Part shown: piece by piece, positions 20,003 through 28,748 of the stretch
How the letters are laid out: each line of letters opens with the position of its first letter
Numbering within the stretch: position 1 is the first letter of the stretch
Origin: a virus
Reading direction: 5' to 3' (one strand)
IMG/VR virus record: IMGVR_UViG_3300003583_000001
Location: 1 to 64,000 of that record
Length of the DNA: 64,000 bases
Program-made: the position numbers and the translations under genes
The notes under the pieces: model-generated
What the model was told of the DNA's origin: nothing
The model's input: only the letters and a program-made list of their open reading frames with translations
Database searches by the model: none

Positions 20003-20188
20003 TTATACTTTATCATTATAACTATTCACAAATTTGTGGGCTAGTGATTCATTGTCATATTTATATTTTACAGCAAATTCTGTGTTGGAATTTTTATGAT
20101 GAATCCAAATTTCATATCCATCATTATCAAGGTCATGAACTCTTGCAAATCCATCACGTTCATTCGAGGGCATTTTTGCAACCAACAT
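20003..20188 (-). CDS. Hypothetical protein
   Basis: GGAG RBS, 61-aa ORF. Confidence 0.55.
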   Translation of the reverse strand: MLVAKMPSNERDGFARVHDLDNDGYEIWIHHKNSNTEFAVKYKYDNESLAHKFVNSYNDKV

Positions 20189-20205
20189 AAAAACGACTCC
20201 AACAG

Positions 20206-20235
20206 AAAAATAGAGGGGAGAACAACTCCCCTCTA
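20206..20235 (-). terminator. Intrinsic terminator after the OMP-like gene
   Basis: TAGAGGGGAG-TTGTT-CTCCCCTCTA-TTTTT. Confidence 0.85.
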
Positions 20236-20244
20236 TATATCACG

Positions 20245-20620
20245 TTAGAATTTAACTGAGGTTGTGAACCCCACAAAAGTATCTTGATATGCAGCGTCAC
20301 CATCTGTCGTCATTTTAACATATGGCGTTACACCAACATTAAACAATTCCAAATTGTATCCAGCTTCAAGTTCAACGCCGGTCAATTCAAACTCATCAAC
20401 AAGTACTGTTGGCGTTACACCAACATAAATATTATTCCAATCGACGGTTGCGCTAGGCTCTGCTGTGATTGTGCCTGCATCGATTGCATATGCTACATCA
20501 TTGCTGAGTGTAAGACCGAGACCATATGGCAATAGACCGCCTTCTGGTGCTGCTTCGCCATCTGCTAGTGCAGGCGAAGCAAGAAATGCTGTAACTGCTA
20601 CAGCGGCTAGTAGCTTCTTC
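20245..20620 (-). CDS. Small outer-membrane beta-barrel-like protein
   Basis: Sec signal (MKKLLAAVAVTAFLASPALA), alternating beta strands, C-terminal VGFTTSVKF ending in Phe. Confidence 0.7.
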
Positions 20621-20645
20621 ATTTATTTGACTCCTTTAAAGTTAA

Positions 20646-20905
20646 AAATGACAGGAAGGTCCGAAGACCCCTTCTGTTTCCAAGCGTCCTGTCCCGCTCA
20701 TAAGAATTATGCTGCTAGAGCATATTCCTGAGAAACGAAATTATCGTTTGCATTTAGTTTGTTTTAGTCATATCGTGACCAATCGGTAACTCCAGTCCTC
20801 TATTATCTGCATGTCGAAACCTGTTTCGCCCCCATAAGGTTTATGGTGGAGGCGTCCGGTACTGCCCCGGAGTCCATTACAGTTTTCAATTTCCTTCATC
20901 GTTAC
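20646..20905 (-). ncRNA. ssrA: Circularly permuted (two-piece) tmRNA, tag ANDNFVSQEYALAA; outer ends approximate
   Basis: Acceptor piece ...TCCGG-GGCAGTA-CCGGA-CGCCTCC-ACCA (ends 20844), 10-nt spacer, coding piece GGGGGCG... (starts 20833) with G3-U70 pair, tag ORF 20751-20707, CUUCGG-capped terminal hairpin. Confidence 0.95.
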
Positions 20906-20943
20906 TTCTGTATATATCTAATCCCAAAAGACTAGATATATAA

Positions 20944-21642
20944 CTATTTCTCTAGCATCTTTCTCTTGAATGCTAACCAACCAATGAATCGTTTTTCAAA
21001 CCACCACTCAAGGTCTTTATATTTCTTGAACTGCTGGTCAAATCCAGTAGGATCAAACGATGGCTTGGGATTGCGAACGTTTGTGCCAGGAATAATTTTG
21101 TTCGTGGAATACTTAGCATATTGCTTTTTACCCATAATCTTCTGCACGAACTCAGGCATATCCAATAGATAGTAGTATTCAGCATCCATTATGATTTCAT
21201 TTTCTATCTTTTTGTTAGGCCAGTCGTGCTTGTATAGAGGTTTCAATTCATCAGGTCGAATGTCACGATTACTACCCAAATCTATCACATTAGGGCTCCA
21301 GTGAATAGTGAAGTTCTCTGGAGGAATTACCATGTGAAGTTCACCAAAGATTGAGCTACCTCTTGGTATATGTGTGCAAAAGATAGGGTTTTTAATATCC
21401 ATAGACAACAGCAGCTTTTGCTGATCAGCCATATCAGCACCACCACGGGCAATCCCATCTGCTCTGGTAGAAGTAACCTTGTCTAGCAATCCTTTATATT
21501 TCTTATTGAATGACCGATAGAGAATAAACTCGTTCCTGACAGGTTTTAGCAATCTGATTGCCTTTTTGACCCTATTTTCCATATGGTCGATCTGTCTTGC
21601 ACTGATAACATCTTCATTTAGGTATGACTTAAATGTTAGCAT
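20944..21642 (-). CDS. Putative internal head protein, possible ADP-ribosyltransferase fold
   Basis: N-terminus MLTFKSYLNE resembles the T4 capsid-targeting sequence; ILYRS...IFCT...ENEII pattern. Confidence 0.55.
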   Translation of the reverse strand: MLTFKSYLNEDVISARQIDHMENRVKKAIRLLKPVRNEFILYRSFNKKYKGLLDKVTSTRADGIARGGADMADQQKLLLSMDIKNPIFCTHIPRGSSIFGELHMVIPPENFTIHWSPNVIDLGSNRDIRPDELKPLYKHDWPNKKIENEIIMDAEYYYLLDMPEFVQKIMGKKQYAKYSTNKIIPGTNVRNPKPSFDPTGFDQQFKKYKDLEWWFEKRFIGWLAFKRKMLEK

Positions 21643-21643
21643 A

Positions 21644-23788
21644 TCAGTCTTCTTTTGATGGGTCAACTGGCACATCAACTTCGATATCACCGTCCTTGAT
21701 AGCTTTAGTTACTAGGGCAGCAAGGTTCCAATCGTATGTACCACCAAACTTTCCTTCAGGGTCGTAACCATCTTCTTTTTTCTCTTCGCTCATGCTAATC
21801 ATCCTTTGAAGTGATAATAGTATTCTACGACTTTCTACTGCTTCTGTCAACCCTTTTTTCAATTTTTCTACAATACTTTTGTAAGCAAATCCCATGTAGA
21901 CGCCTTGAAAGAATATTCTACTTGAACCATCAACTGTTCGTTCTTCTGCTTCTACAACTTTGATGATAGAAGTGGGTGGTAAAATAATTTCTTGCTCAGG
22001 TTCGTGTTGACTATGTTCTAAGATGGGTATAACCTTAGACCCTTTCGGTAAAAAGATTCTCATTCTATCTTTACCGCCGATAGTCACATCTGTTCTTAAA
22101 GATGCGCTTGTGAAAGCTGGGTCAACGTATTCATAGCCAGGAACAATCGCTTCTCTCATTTCATATGGCACCAGAGTAGAACGATACACATACATGCTCT
22201 CTGGTAGAGGCTTTAGCGTTTCAAAAATTTTTGCCATTTTAGCAATCTTTTTCGTGCCGCTTGTCAATTCGTCAATTTCAGCCTTAGTAAGAGGTTCTTT
22301 TCTAAACAACTTACTCACAATTTTTCTAAGAGGATCGTTGAAAGAAGTATAACCCGAACCACTATAATGTACAACATTTTTATATACTGATTTGGGCAAA
22401 TTCTCTATCTCATTATAATAATTGAGTCCGTCTTGACTTTGTAAGTGCTGGCGAATTGTACCAATATCATATTCCGAACTCTCTACAAAGAAAGTCCCTT
22501 TAATCTTTACTTCACTCGTACCAGTTCCAGGCATTGTTGATTTGAACTCTGTCATATCAATATCTAACTTAGGCTTCTTTTTTACCTTACTGGGCTTTGA
22601 TACGGCAGTTTTTATAGAATCAAAAGCAGCTTCTTTCTTAGCATTTCGATAAGCAATAATTGCCATCATATGTTTTTCGTCGCTGGCATCAACAGGCATA
22701 GCCATATACTTCAGAATCTCAATCCAAATTTGTCCAGTTGCGCCCTTGATATTACCCAAGTTTGCGTCAGGAAGACTACCGCCAGCAGCCATCGTATCTA
22801 CGAGTTGTTTATTAAACGTACTCATTTGATTATACACATATTGTAAATTATCAAAATCTACTTTCTTTACATCAAATCCATTTACTCGTAATGCGTTTGC
22901 CATTTTAGCAAACTCTGGAATTGTTCTAAGAGCATTAGCAAGAGCGCCAACTGATGACATATCCTCTGGATCGAAAACTCCTGAAGAATCAATCTTTTTC
23001 TCTACTTCCACTTGCTTTTCAATATGCTTCGCTACTTCACCTGACATTTTAGTGGCCGCTAACTTATCAAGGAGTTCTGTATCAGAAGGCACATCTAAAT
23101 CGTATTGACCAAAAGTGTATTTCTTTGATGGTGCTATTGTATGTGTTTGCTGGACTGGCTTTTTTGGCTTCATAGAGTCTAGAGACTTGAGAAGAGCGTC
23201 TGAATTGTCATTTTTAGAAGGATCGAAACCAAACTCTTTGAATTCTTTTGCTTTGAAAATTGCTTCAGGAGATAGTGCTTTTTTTCCTATAAAGACATAG
23301 CCATGATTGTATTTTTTAGTAAACTGTTTTTCGCCAACCTGAGTTACTTGAAACACCGTGAAGATATTCATCGAAGATTTTTTGAGCGCTTTAATGGCAA
23401 TGCGTTCAGCTACTTTTCTTTTTCCTATCTGACCATGTAGACGAATTGCTATACCAGTAAGTTTCGGACCAACTGTAGTTATTGCTTTTTTTGCAAAATC
23501 AAGCGTTGTCGCAATTACAGGCAAAATATCTGATGGATTATGAAACTTCCACCATCCAGCTTTGCCTCCAACCTTTTTAACTTTACCCACATCTAGAGTG
23601 TATATACCTTCGCCATTTTGCTCAACAAGACGTATGATATATGTGCCGCCATTAATTGTAGTAGCACCATACATTTTGCTTGGTAAGACTGTATCATCAG
23701 TCATATAATATTCTTTGGGATTGTTCAACGCTTCTGCGAGAAGAATGTCCTCATTCAGATTGTTAAAAATATCGAATTTTTTCAGCAC
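21644..23788 (-). CDS. alt: Alt-like ADP-ribosyltransferase (R-S-E class)
   Basis: YSGSGYTSFNDPLR, VYRS, FTSASL and EQEIIL catalytic motifs; 714 aa; late promoter upstream. Confidence 0.85.
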   Translation of the reverse strand: MLKKFDIFNNLNEDILLAEALNNPKEYYMTDDTVLPSKMYGATTINGGTYIIRLVEQNGEGIYTLDVGKVKKVGGKAGWWKFHNPSDILPVIATTLDFAKKAITTVGPKLTGIAIRLHGQIGKRKVAERIAIKALKKSSMNIFTVFQVTQVGEKQFTKKYNHGYVFIGKKALSPEAIFKAKEFKEFGFDPSKNDNSDALLKSLDSMKPKKPVQQTHTIAPSKKYTFGQYDLDVPSDTELLDKLAATKMSGEVAKHIEKQVEVEKKIDSSGVFDPEDMSSVGALANALRTIPEFAKMANALRVNGFDVKKVDFDNLQYVYNQMSTFNKQLVDTMAAGGSLPDANLGNIKGATGQIWIEILKYMAMPVDASDEKHMMAIIAYRNAKKEAAFDSIKTAVSKPSKVKKKPKLDIDMTEFKSTMPGTGTSEVKIKGTFFVESSEYDIGTIRQHLQSQDGLNYYNEIENLPKSVYKNVVHYSGSGYTSFNDPLRKIVSKLFRKEPLTKAEIDELTSGTKKIAKMAKIFETLKPLPESMYVYRSTLVPYEMREAIVPGYEYVDPAFTSASLRTDVTIGGKDRMRIFLPKGSKVIPILEHSQHEPEQEIILPPTSIIKVVEAEERTVDGSSRIFFQGVYMGFAYKSIVEKLKKGLTEAVESRRILLSLQRMISMSEEKKEDGYDPEGKFGGTYDWNLAALVTKAIKDGDIEVDVPVDPSKED

Positions 23789-23817
23789 GGTAAACTCCCA
23801 GTGTGTACGTTTACTCG

Positions 23818-23825
23818 TATTTATA
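23818..23825 (-). promoter_or_regulatory. Late promoter TATAAATA for the alt operon
   Basis: Exact consensus 30 nt upstream of the alt start. Confidence 0.8.
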
Positions 23826-24236
23826 TTAGATGTGAACTACGAGAACCTTGGGCGTTTTGTTGAGTTGAAAAGCAACATCGAGGCGAGTGTTGCCACCAAG
23901 GACACGCATCTTACCACTCTCTCTGAACATCAGAACGATGGGCATCGTCATTGGCATATCGTTACCAATGCGCTCATAGAGATTAGCAATCGTCTGCTCA
24001 TTACGAAACTCAGGATATGAGCGATACGAGCGAATGAGATTGAGCAACTGCTCCTTAGAGCGAGTGTGTGACCTATACCCAATGTAAGCGTCTGTGACGC
24101 CATCAAGTTCAAGCACATCGCCTTCTGAAGCCGCCTGAAGAAAGGCTGCCTCGCTATCAAAGAAGTTATTACCCTTCAGTTCGATTTCAACGAAGTACTC
24201 TTGCTTGAGGTCTGCTTCAGAAGGTTTGATCCACAT
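23826..24236 (-). CDS. ParB/sulfiredoxin-like domain protein
   Basis: MPIVL...RVLGGNTRL motif. Confidence 0.6.
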   Translation of the reverse strand: MWIKPSEADLKQEYFVEIELKGNNFFDSEAAFLQAASEGDVLELDGVTDAYIGYRSHTRSKEQLLNLIRSYRSYPEFRNEQTIANLYERIGNDMPMTMPIVLMFRESGKMRVLGGNTRLDVAFQLNKTPKVLVVHI

Positions 24237-24237
24237 A

Positions 24238-24453
24238 TCAGTCTTCCCATTTAATAGTGAAAGGAACGATTGCTTCAGCATTACGCTTGGCTTCATCGAA
24301 ATTATCGAATTTACCAATCATCCTTGGTCCAACCCAAAGCTCGAATTTGTCGAGTGTGGTCAAAACAATCTCCACTTCTCTACTGGCATTCGTAGCAACC
24401 CAACCACTCTTGAGTGTAGGTGCTGTAACGTGAAGCGTTTCGAAGTTCATCAT
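24238..24453 (-). CDS. Hypothetical early protein
   Basis: First ORF after promoter, GAGGA RBS. Confidence 0.65.
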   Translation of the reverse strand: MMNFETLHVTAPTLKSGWVATNASREVEIVLTTLDKFELWVGPRMIGKFDNFDEAKRNAEAIVPFTIKWED

Positions 24454-24487
24454 GGTCTCGTTCCTCTTTCTTTCTGTCTATATACTT

Positions 24488-24516
24488 AATATAAGCATTC
24501 TAGAGGCAAATGTCAA
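24488..24516 (-). promoter_or_regulatory. Early sigma70 promoter (repeat family)
   Basis: TTGACA-tttgcctctagaatgct-TATATT. Confidence 0.88.
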
Positions 24517-24545
24517 GAGTTTTTTTGATGTTTTTAAAACTTTTT

Positions 24546-24875
24546 TTATCGACCCCAGTACAGATTTTTCTGCACCTTGTACATGATTGACCAGATTGCA
24601 AGATAGGCATCATGTCGCCAGCTTTGCTTCACGCTATTTTTGAAGTTATCATAGTCGATATTCATAATCTTCGAATTCATCACGCCACAGAAAAACTGCT
24701 TGGTCATGAACAGACGAAACCTGTAATCGCTATCGGTGCTTTCGATGATCTGTTTTGCTAATCCTGGGAAAGCATTTTCCAAATCTTCTCGTACTCTTGC
24801 TCTCACAACCAAGTTCATTTTATTAGTGCGGTCCTGTACTGCACTAATGTAACTGTCATTCATCACAATCCACAT
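24546..24875 (-). CDS. Conserved-looking phage hypothetical protein
   Basis: MWIVMNDSYISAV...LVVRAR...DYRFR...IDYDNFKNSV. Confidence 0.7.
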   Translation of the reverse strand: MWIVMNDSYISAVQDRTNKMNLVVRARVREDLENAFPGLAKQIIESTDSDYRFRLFMTKQFFCGVMNSKIMNIDYDNFKNSVKQSWRHDAYLAIWSIMYKVQKNLYWGR

Positions 24876-24877
24876 AC

Positions 24878-25060
24878 TTACTTTTCCTTTTTAAATCCTA
24901 CACCGTTGTCCATTTTTTCATGATACATACCATGCTTGACAAACTCTTCCCAAACAGTCTTTTGAGAATAACCAGCTTCTACCTTGTATATCTTACGCCC
25001 GTCTCCATCATATTCCCATTCACGTTCTTCCGGGTCAAGTTCGATACGTTTCTTTTCCAT
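24878..25060 (-). CDS. Hypothetical protein
   Basis: AGGAG RBS; EWEYDGDG motif. Confidence 0.6.
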   Translation of the reverse strand: MEKKRIELDPEEREWEYDGDGRKIYKVEAGYSQKTVWEEFVKHGMYHEKMDNGVGFKKEK

Positions 25061-25071
25061 GATGGAGACTC

Positions 25072-25290
25072 CTACTGAATTTCTTCTATTATGTAGTCTT
25101 CCATTACATCGTTATAAAACGACTTGACAATTTTTTCTATATCATCGCCTTCATACTCAATCTCATACATCTTACCAATACGAACATCTTTCACTTCTGA
25201 AAATTCAAGAACCCTCAAAGCATCAGCCACTGCCGTTCCGGGATTATCTTTGATCCCGGAACGAAGCATGGTAATAACACGATATTTCAT
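25072..25290 (-). CDS. purS: Phosphoribosylformylglycinamidine synthase subunit PurS (copy 1)
   Basis: IKDNPGTAVADAL...VRIGKMYEI...NDVMEDY. Confidence 0.85.
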   Translation of the reverse strand: MKYRVITMLRSGIKDNPGTAVADALRVLEFSEVKDVRIGKMYEIEYEGDDIEKIVKSFYNDVMEDYIIEEIQ

Positions 25291-25952
25291 TAGTCTTGAA
25301 CAAAATCCTCAATCATTGGAAAGACCTTATCAATCTCTCTAGCACACATCTTTGCTAACTCACGATGCTCCTTCTGAGTCGAAGGGTCCGTCCTCAATTC
25401 AATATAGTGAATCCAGCTACGAAGTGTGCCATTAACATACAAGCGTGACCACGTTAAACCCTCTGGTAGAATTGCTCGAACTTGCTCTTTAGCTATTCCC
25501 TTTTTTAAGGCTTGATCATATGTATCAAACGCTAACTTTGTGATATCGTCTTGTTTATCCTTCCACCACTGGTCAAGTTCTTCATCATCACTCTCTAGTG
25601 AGTTCTGACGATTTTTCAAATCCTGCAAACGAGTTTCTCTATAGTCTCCCACTGTTTCAGTGGCAGCATAACGCTGGCTAAATTCTTGAAACGAAAAGGA
25701 ACGATGCCGAATCAGCTGCCTCCCGATATCACGAGTCGTATCAACCTGTAGGCAGATATTCACCATCTCGAAGGGCGACCAATGCTTATGACGCATTAGA
25801 TACTTAATAAGCCCATCGCTCTTCAACGCTGAGATTTGACTAGTAGGATTACTGACCCTGGCGTAATAGGCTACTTGGTCCATCAGAGTTTCATTAGGAC
25901 TAGCGCTCATACGCTGCGACCATCCTTCAAGTTTAGCGTTCTGACTAGGCAT
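25290..25952 (-). CDS. thyX: Flavin-dependent thymidylate synthase
   Basis: HWSPFEM, RHRSFSFQEFSQRY and TQKEHR motifs. Confidence 0.97.
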   Translation of the reverse strand: MPSQNAKLEGWSQRMSASPNETLMDQVAYYARVSNPTSQISALKSDGLIKYLMRHKHWSPFEMVNICLQVDTTRDIGRQLIRHRSFSFQEFSQRYAATETVGDYRETRLQDLKNRQNSLESDDEELDQWWKDKQDDITKLAFDTYDQALKKGIAKEQVRAILPEGLTWSRLYVNGTLRSWIHYIELRTDPSTQKEHRELAKMCAREIDKVFPMIEDFVQD

Positions 25953-26085
25953 TTATATCATATTCTCCTTACAAAAACATTTCTGGGCGTAGACCACTAA
26001 AGCCTAGCGCTAACCCAATGAGCGCTCCGATAGCGAACGCTTTTACAAAATCACTCATATCACTCATTATATATTCTCCTTGATT

Positions 26086-26162
26086 TGGCGGTCCCTATAG
26101 GATTCGAACCTATGACCCACAGCTTAGAAGGCTGTTGCTCTATCCAACTGAGCTAAGGAACC
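26086..26162 (-). tRNA. tRNA-Arg(UCU)
   Basis: GGTTCCTTAGCTCAGTTGGATAGAGCAACAGCCTTCTAAGCTGTGGGTCATAGGTTCGAATCCTATAGGGACCGCCA. Confidence 0.96.
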
Positions 26163-26170
26163 ATTATTTC

Positions 26171-26398
26171 TCAGTCTAACTTCGATGCCCAATATCTGCG
26201 AGTAATGGGTTCTATGACGCCATCAGCAATAAGTTCATACTTATTAAAACCAAAGGCTTCTTCGCCGAAGTCAATAATATCTTCCATCACCGAACGTTCG
26301 AAATCCGTCATACAAGATAAACGGTCATCCATCGCTTTAGCATTCGCTTTGAGAATAGACTTCCATTCAAGAATTTCACCAAGCGTTTTAGTCATCAT
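26171..26398 (-). CDS. Hypothetical protein
   Basis: AAGGAG RBS. Confidence 0.65.
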   Translation of the reverse strand: MMTKTLGEILEWKSILKANAKAMDDRLSCMTDFERSVMEDIIDFGEEAFGFNKYELIADGVIEPITRRYWASKLD

Positions 26399-26406
26399 AT
26401 ATCTCC

Positions 26407-26781
26407 TTAGTGTACCGCTTGAATATCAAGACCGAGTTTTTGACCAGCATACTGACCAAACAGTTTGAACACATCACCGTGATTCACGGTCATGCATTCT
26501 TGAATTTGATAGGCGTGGATCATCTCATGAGCAAGAATGGTACGAAACGATTCGTATGAGTCAAACTCATCAGTCAGACCAAGAATGGTACCTCGACCAT
26601 CTTCTTCGTCTACACAATATCCCCACTCAGCGTCGAGGAAATCGATGTCGAGTTCGATGGCATCAATGTCAAGAAGACCCTCAAACATCTCTTCGTTGAG
26701 AAGGTTCATCTCTTTCAGAGCGATTTCTTCAGTGACTTTGAACAGACCCCAGTCTGCTGCGGTGATGGTAAGTTCTTTCAT
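26407..26781 (-). CDS. SprT-like HExxH metalloprotease (early)
   Basis: TILAHEMIHAYQ...NHGDVF. Confidence 0.75.
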   Translation of the reverse strand: MKELTITAADWGLFKVTEEIALKEMNLLNEEMFEGLLDIDAIELDIDFLDAEWGYCVDEEDGRGTILGLTDEFDSYESFRTILAHEMIHAYQIQECMTVNHGDVFKLFGQYAGQKLGLDIQAVH

Positions 26782-26811
26782 TTCTCTCTCTTTCGCTTTG
26801 TTCATATACTT

Positions 26812-26840
26812 AATATAAGCATTTCGAAGGCAAATGTCAA
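26812..26840 (-). promoter_or_regulatory. Early sigma70 promoter (repeat family)
   Basis: TTGACA-tttgccttcgaaatgct-TATATT. Confidence 0.88.
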
Positions 26841-26869
26841 GCATTTTTTTCGCTTTTTGAAAAAAATGC

Positions 26870-26944
26870 TGGCTCCGTGGGTAGGATTCGAACCTACGAC
26901 CGGTCGGTTAACAGCCGACTGCTCTACCACTGAGCTACCACGGA
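26870..26944 (-). tRNA. tRNA-Asn(GUU)
   Basis: TCCGTGGTAGCTCAGTGGTAGAGCAGTCGGCTGTTAACCGACCGGTCGTAGGTTCGAATCCTACCCACGGAGCCA. Confidence 0.96.
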
Positions 26945-26956
26945 TTAACTTGTCTC

Positions 26957-27199
26957 CTATTTCATCGCACGAACGAAGCGACCAACGTCACTGTCTTTGA
27001 ACTGACCGCTCTTAGACCAAGTGCGGAACGCAGAGCATTCAGTGAACTTGGCAGCGCACGAATCAGCAAACTTGCAGGTATCGCAGGGAATGTCTGCATC
27101 GTTCAGCATCGCTTGGGGCGTCACTTCAATCGAACCAGCAGTGCTGGCATCGTAGTTGAAGTAGCTGTCATAACCAATCATATCCATCTTGCTTCTCAC
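26957..27199 (-). CDS. Cys-rich hypothetical protein (possible Zn binding)
   Basis: PCDTCKFADSC...EC. Confidence 0.65.
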   Translation of the reverse strand: MRSKMDMIGYDSYFNYDASTAGSIEVTPQAMLNDADIPCDTCKFADSCAAKFTECSAFRTWSKSGQFKDSDVGRFVRAMK

Positions 27200-27240
27200 T
27201 TTCGATCTAAGAGAGAACCCTTTCTCTCTTCCATATACTT

Positions 27241-27269
27241 AATATAAGCATTCTGAAGCCAAATGTCAA
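27241..27269 (-). promoter_or_regulatory. Early sigma70 promoter (repeat family)
   Basis: TTGACA-tttggcttcagaatgct-TATATT. Confidence 0.88.
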
Positions 27270-27332
27270 GGGTTATTTTCAAAAAAATGCATTTTTTTTC
27301 AAAAAATATGCTGAATCCACAGCGAAGATTTT

Positions 27333-27509
27333 CTAATCAGTATTGGCTAAGCACTTCTGAACCAAAGTCTTGGCACTGATTATCGCATCAGCGCCAAATC
27401 TCAATTTGATTATATTATAATACACGACCTCATCAAAGTCAATCATTTTATCCTCACAATGTTTAATATATCTCATTGTGTATTGTTCTAGTGTAATATT
27501 TTCTGGCAT
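27333..27509 (-). CDS. Hypothetical protein
   Basis: MPENITLEQY..., TAATG-coupled to purM. Confidence 0.55.
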   Translation of the reverse strand: MPENITLEQYTMRYIKHCEDKMIDFDEVVYYNIIKLRFGADAIISAKTLVQKCLANTD

Positions 27510-28438
27510 TACACGACCTTCCCTAGTACCTTTGAACCCGGAATATCCAGTTCTTCTTCTGCTATTACAAGCATACCCCACCCACAATTGAAAATGGATT
27601 GAAACTCAACAATACTCATCTTCGAACGCTCAAACAGTTTTTTCCACCATGCATTTTCTGTCAGAGTATTTGTTATCGCAAAGTCTAATTTATATGATAG
27701 CCCATTTAGCACTCTGGGTAGATTACCATGAATACCACCACCCGTAATGTGAGCGCAAGCGTTGATTCGATTTAGATTATTCATAATCTCATCAACATAG
27801 ATTCGTGTTGGCATTAGAGGTATTTCGTCATATGTGAGTATAGAGCGCATCAAACTATATCCGTTAGAATGAGGACCAGAACTTGGAATACCTATGATGA
27901 GATTACCGGGCTTAACATTTACTGGTAGCTTCTTCTTCACGATACCCATAGCAAATCCAGCAAGGTCAAACTCGCCCGTTGGATAGCAGTCCGGCATTTC
28001 TGCTGTTTCGCCACCAACAAGTTCACATCCTGCAAGAGCGCAACCGTCTTTGATGCCTTTAATTATCTTCATAGATACGTCTAAGTCTAGTTTACCTGTT
28101 GCATAATAGTCTAAGAATGAAACAGGCTTTGCACCAACACACAATAGGTCGTTGACGCACATCGCTACTAAGTCAATACCAATCGTATCATATTTCTTGA
28201 AGTGCTTGGCTACAAGCAGCTTAGTCCCAACACCATCTGTGGCAAGAGCAACAGTCTGAGGTTTAGGTAGACCACTGCGACGACCATGACTTGTTTGCGC
28301 TTTCCGCAAAGAAGTCGTTTCGTCTAACTCAAAAGGTATATCTACCAGTGCAGCATATTGTTTGTCAGCACCGATAGCTTGTGTGAACTTGTTAGCCAGT
28401 TCAACATCAACCCCTGCTTGTTTATATGTCGTTTTCAT
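27509..28438 (-). CDS. purM: Phosphoribosylaminoimidazole synthetase
   Basis: TYKQAGVD, TDGVGTKL, GIDLVAMCVND, GGETAEMP, SSGPHSNGYSL and AHITGGG. Confidence 0.96.
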   Translation of the reverse strand: MKTTYKQAGVDVELANKFTQAIGADKQYAALVDIPFELDETTSLRKAQTSHGRRSGLPKPQTVALATDGVGTKLLVAKHFKKYDTIGIDLVAMCVNDLLCVGAKPVSFLDYYATGKLDLDVSMKIIKGIKDGCALAGCELVGGETAEMPDCYPTGEFDLAGFAMGIVKKKLPVNVKPGNLIIGIPSSGPHSNGYSLMRSILTYDEIPLMPTRIYVDEIMNNLNRINACAHITGGGIHGNLPRVLNGLSYKLDFAITNTLTENAWWKKLFERSKMSIVEFQSIFNCGWGMLVIAEEELDIPGSKVLGKVV

Positions 28439-28502
28439 AAGATTTTTCTTTTCTTTAGAGTATAGTAGAGAGAGGCTACCTTATATGGAATAGGTGGTCC
28501 CA

Positions 28503-28745
28503 TTATGATCCCATTCCCCCTATCACACGATCAGTCTTTTCATAGACCACAGAAAAATCACATCCATAAGCCGGGCAGATTTCAATTTTATCAGGTAGCC
28601 CATTGTTATCCTTGTTTCCAAGTTCATTAGAGATAAAGTAATGACCAGAATTTTCTGGAAACACTTTACGCAAGAGGTTTTCTAATTTTTCAATATACTC
28701 CTTGGCGTCTTTTAAAGTATCAAGTCGGTTAGATATTTCGTTCAT
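28503..28745 (-). CDS. Hypothetical protein
   Basis: ORF in operon. Confidence 0.6.
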   Translation of the reverse strand: MNEISNRLDTLKDAKEYIEKLENLLRKVFPENSGHYFISNELGNKDNNGLPDKIEICPAYGCDFSVVYEKTDRVIGGMGS

Positions 28746-28748
28746 TTT

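Noticed and set aside
19915-20016. 34-aa N-terminal extension of GlyA
   Set aside because: A better GGAG RBS precedes the Met at 19914, and the extension has no SHMT similarity.
26782-26844. Recurring N-terminal peptide (M)LDIC..NAYI in ORFs at 26844, 38562 and 40606
   Set aside because: It is the translation of the repeated promoter (TTGACATTTG...GCTTATATT), not a protein motif.
26840-26870. A/T-tract inverted repeats upstream of early promoters (also 27281-27298)
   Set aside because: Low-complexity UP-element tracts; the palindromy is not conserved between promoter copies.
28439-28502. Possible riboswitch upstream of purM
   Set aside because: Only a weak imperfect hairpin, with no ZTP, purine or PRPP aptamer consensus.
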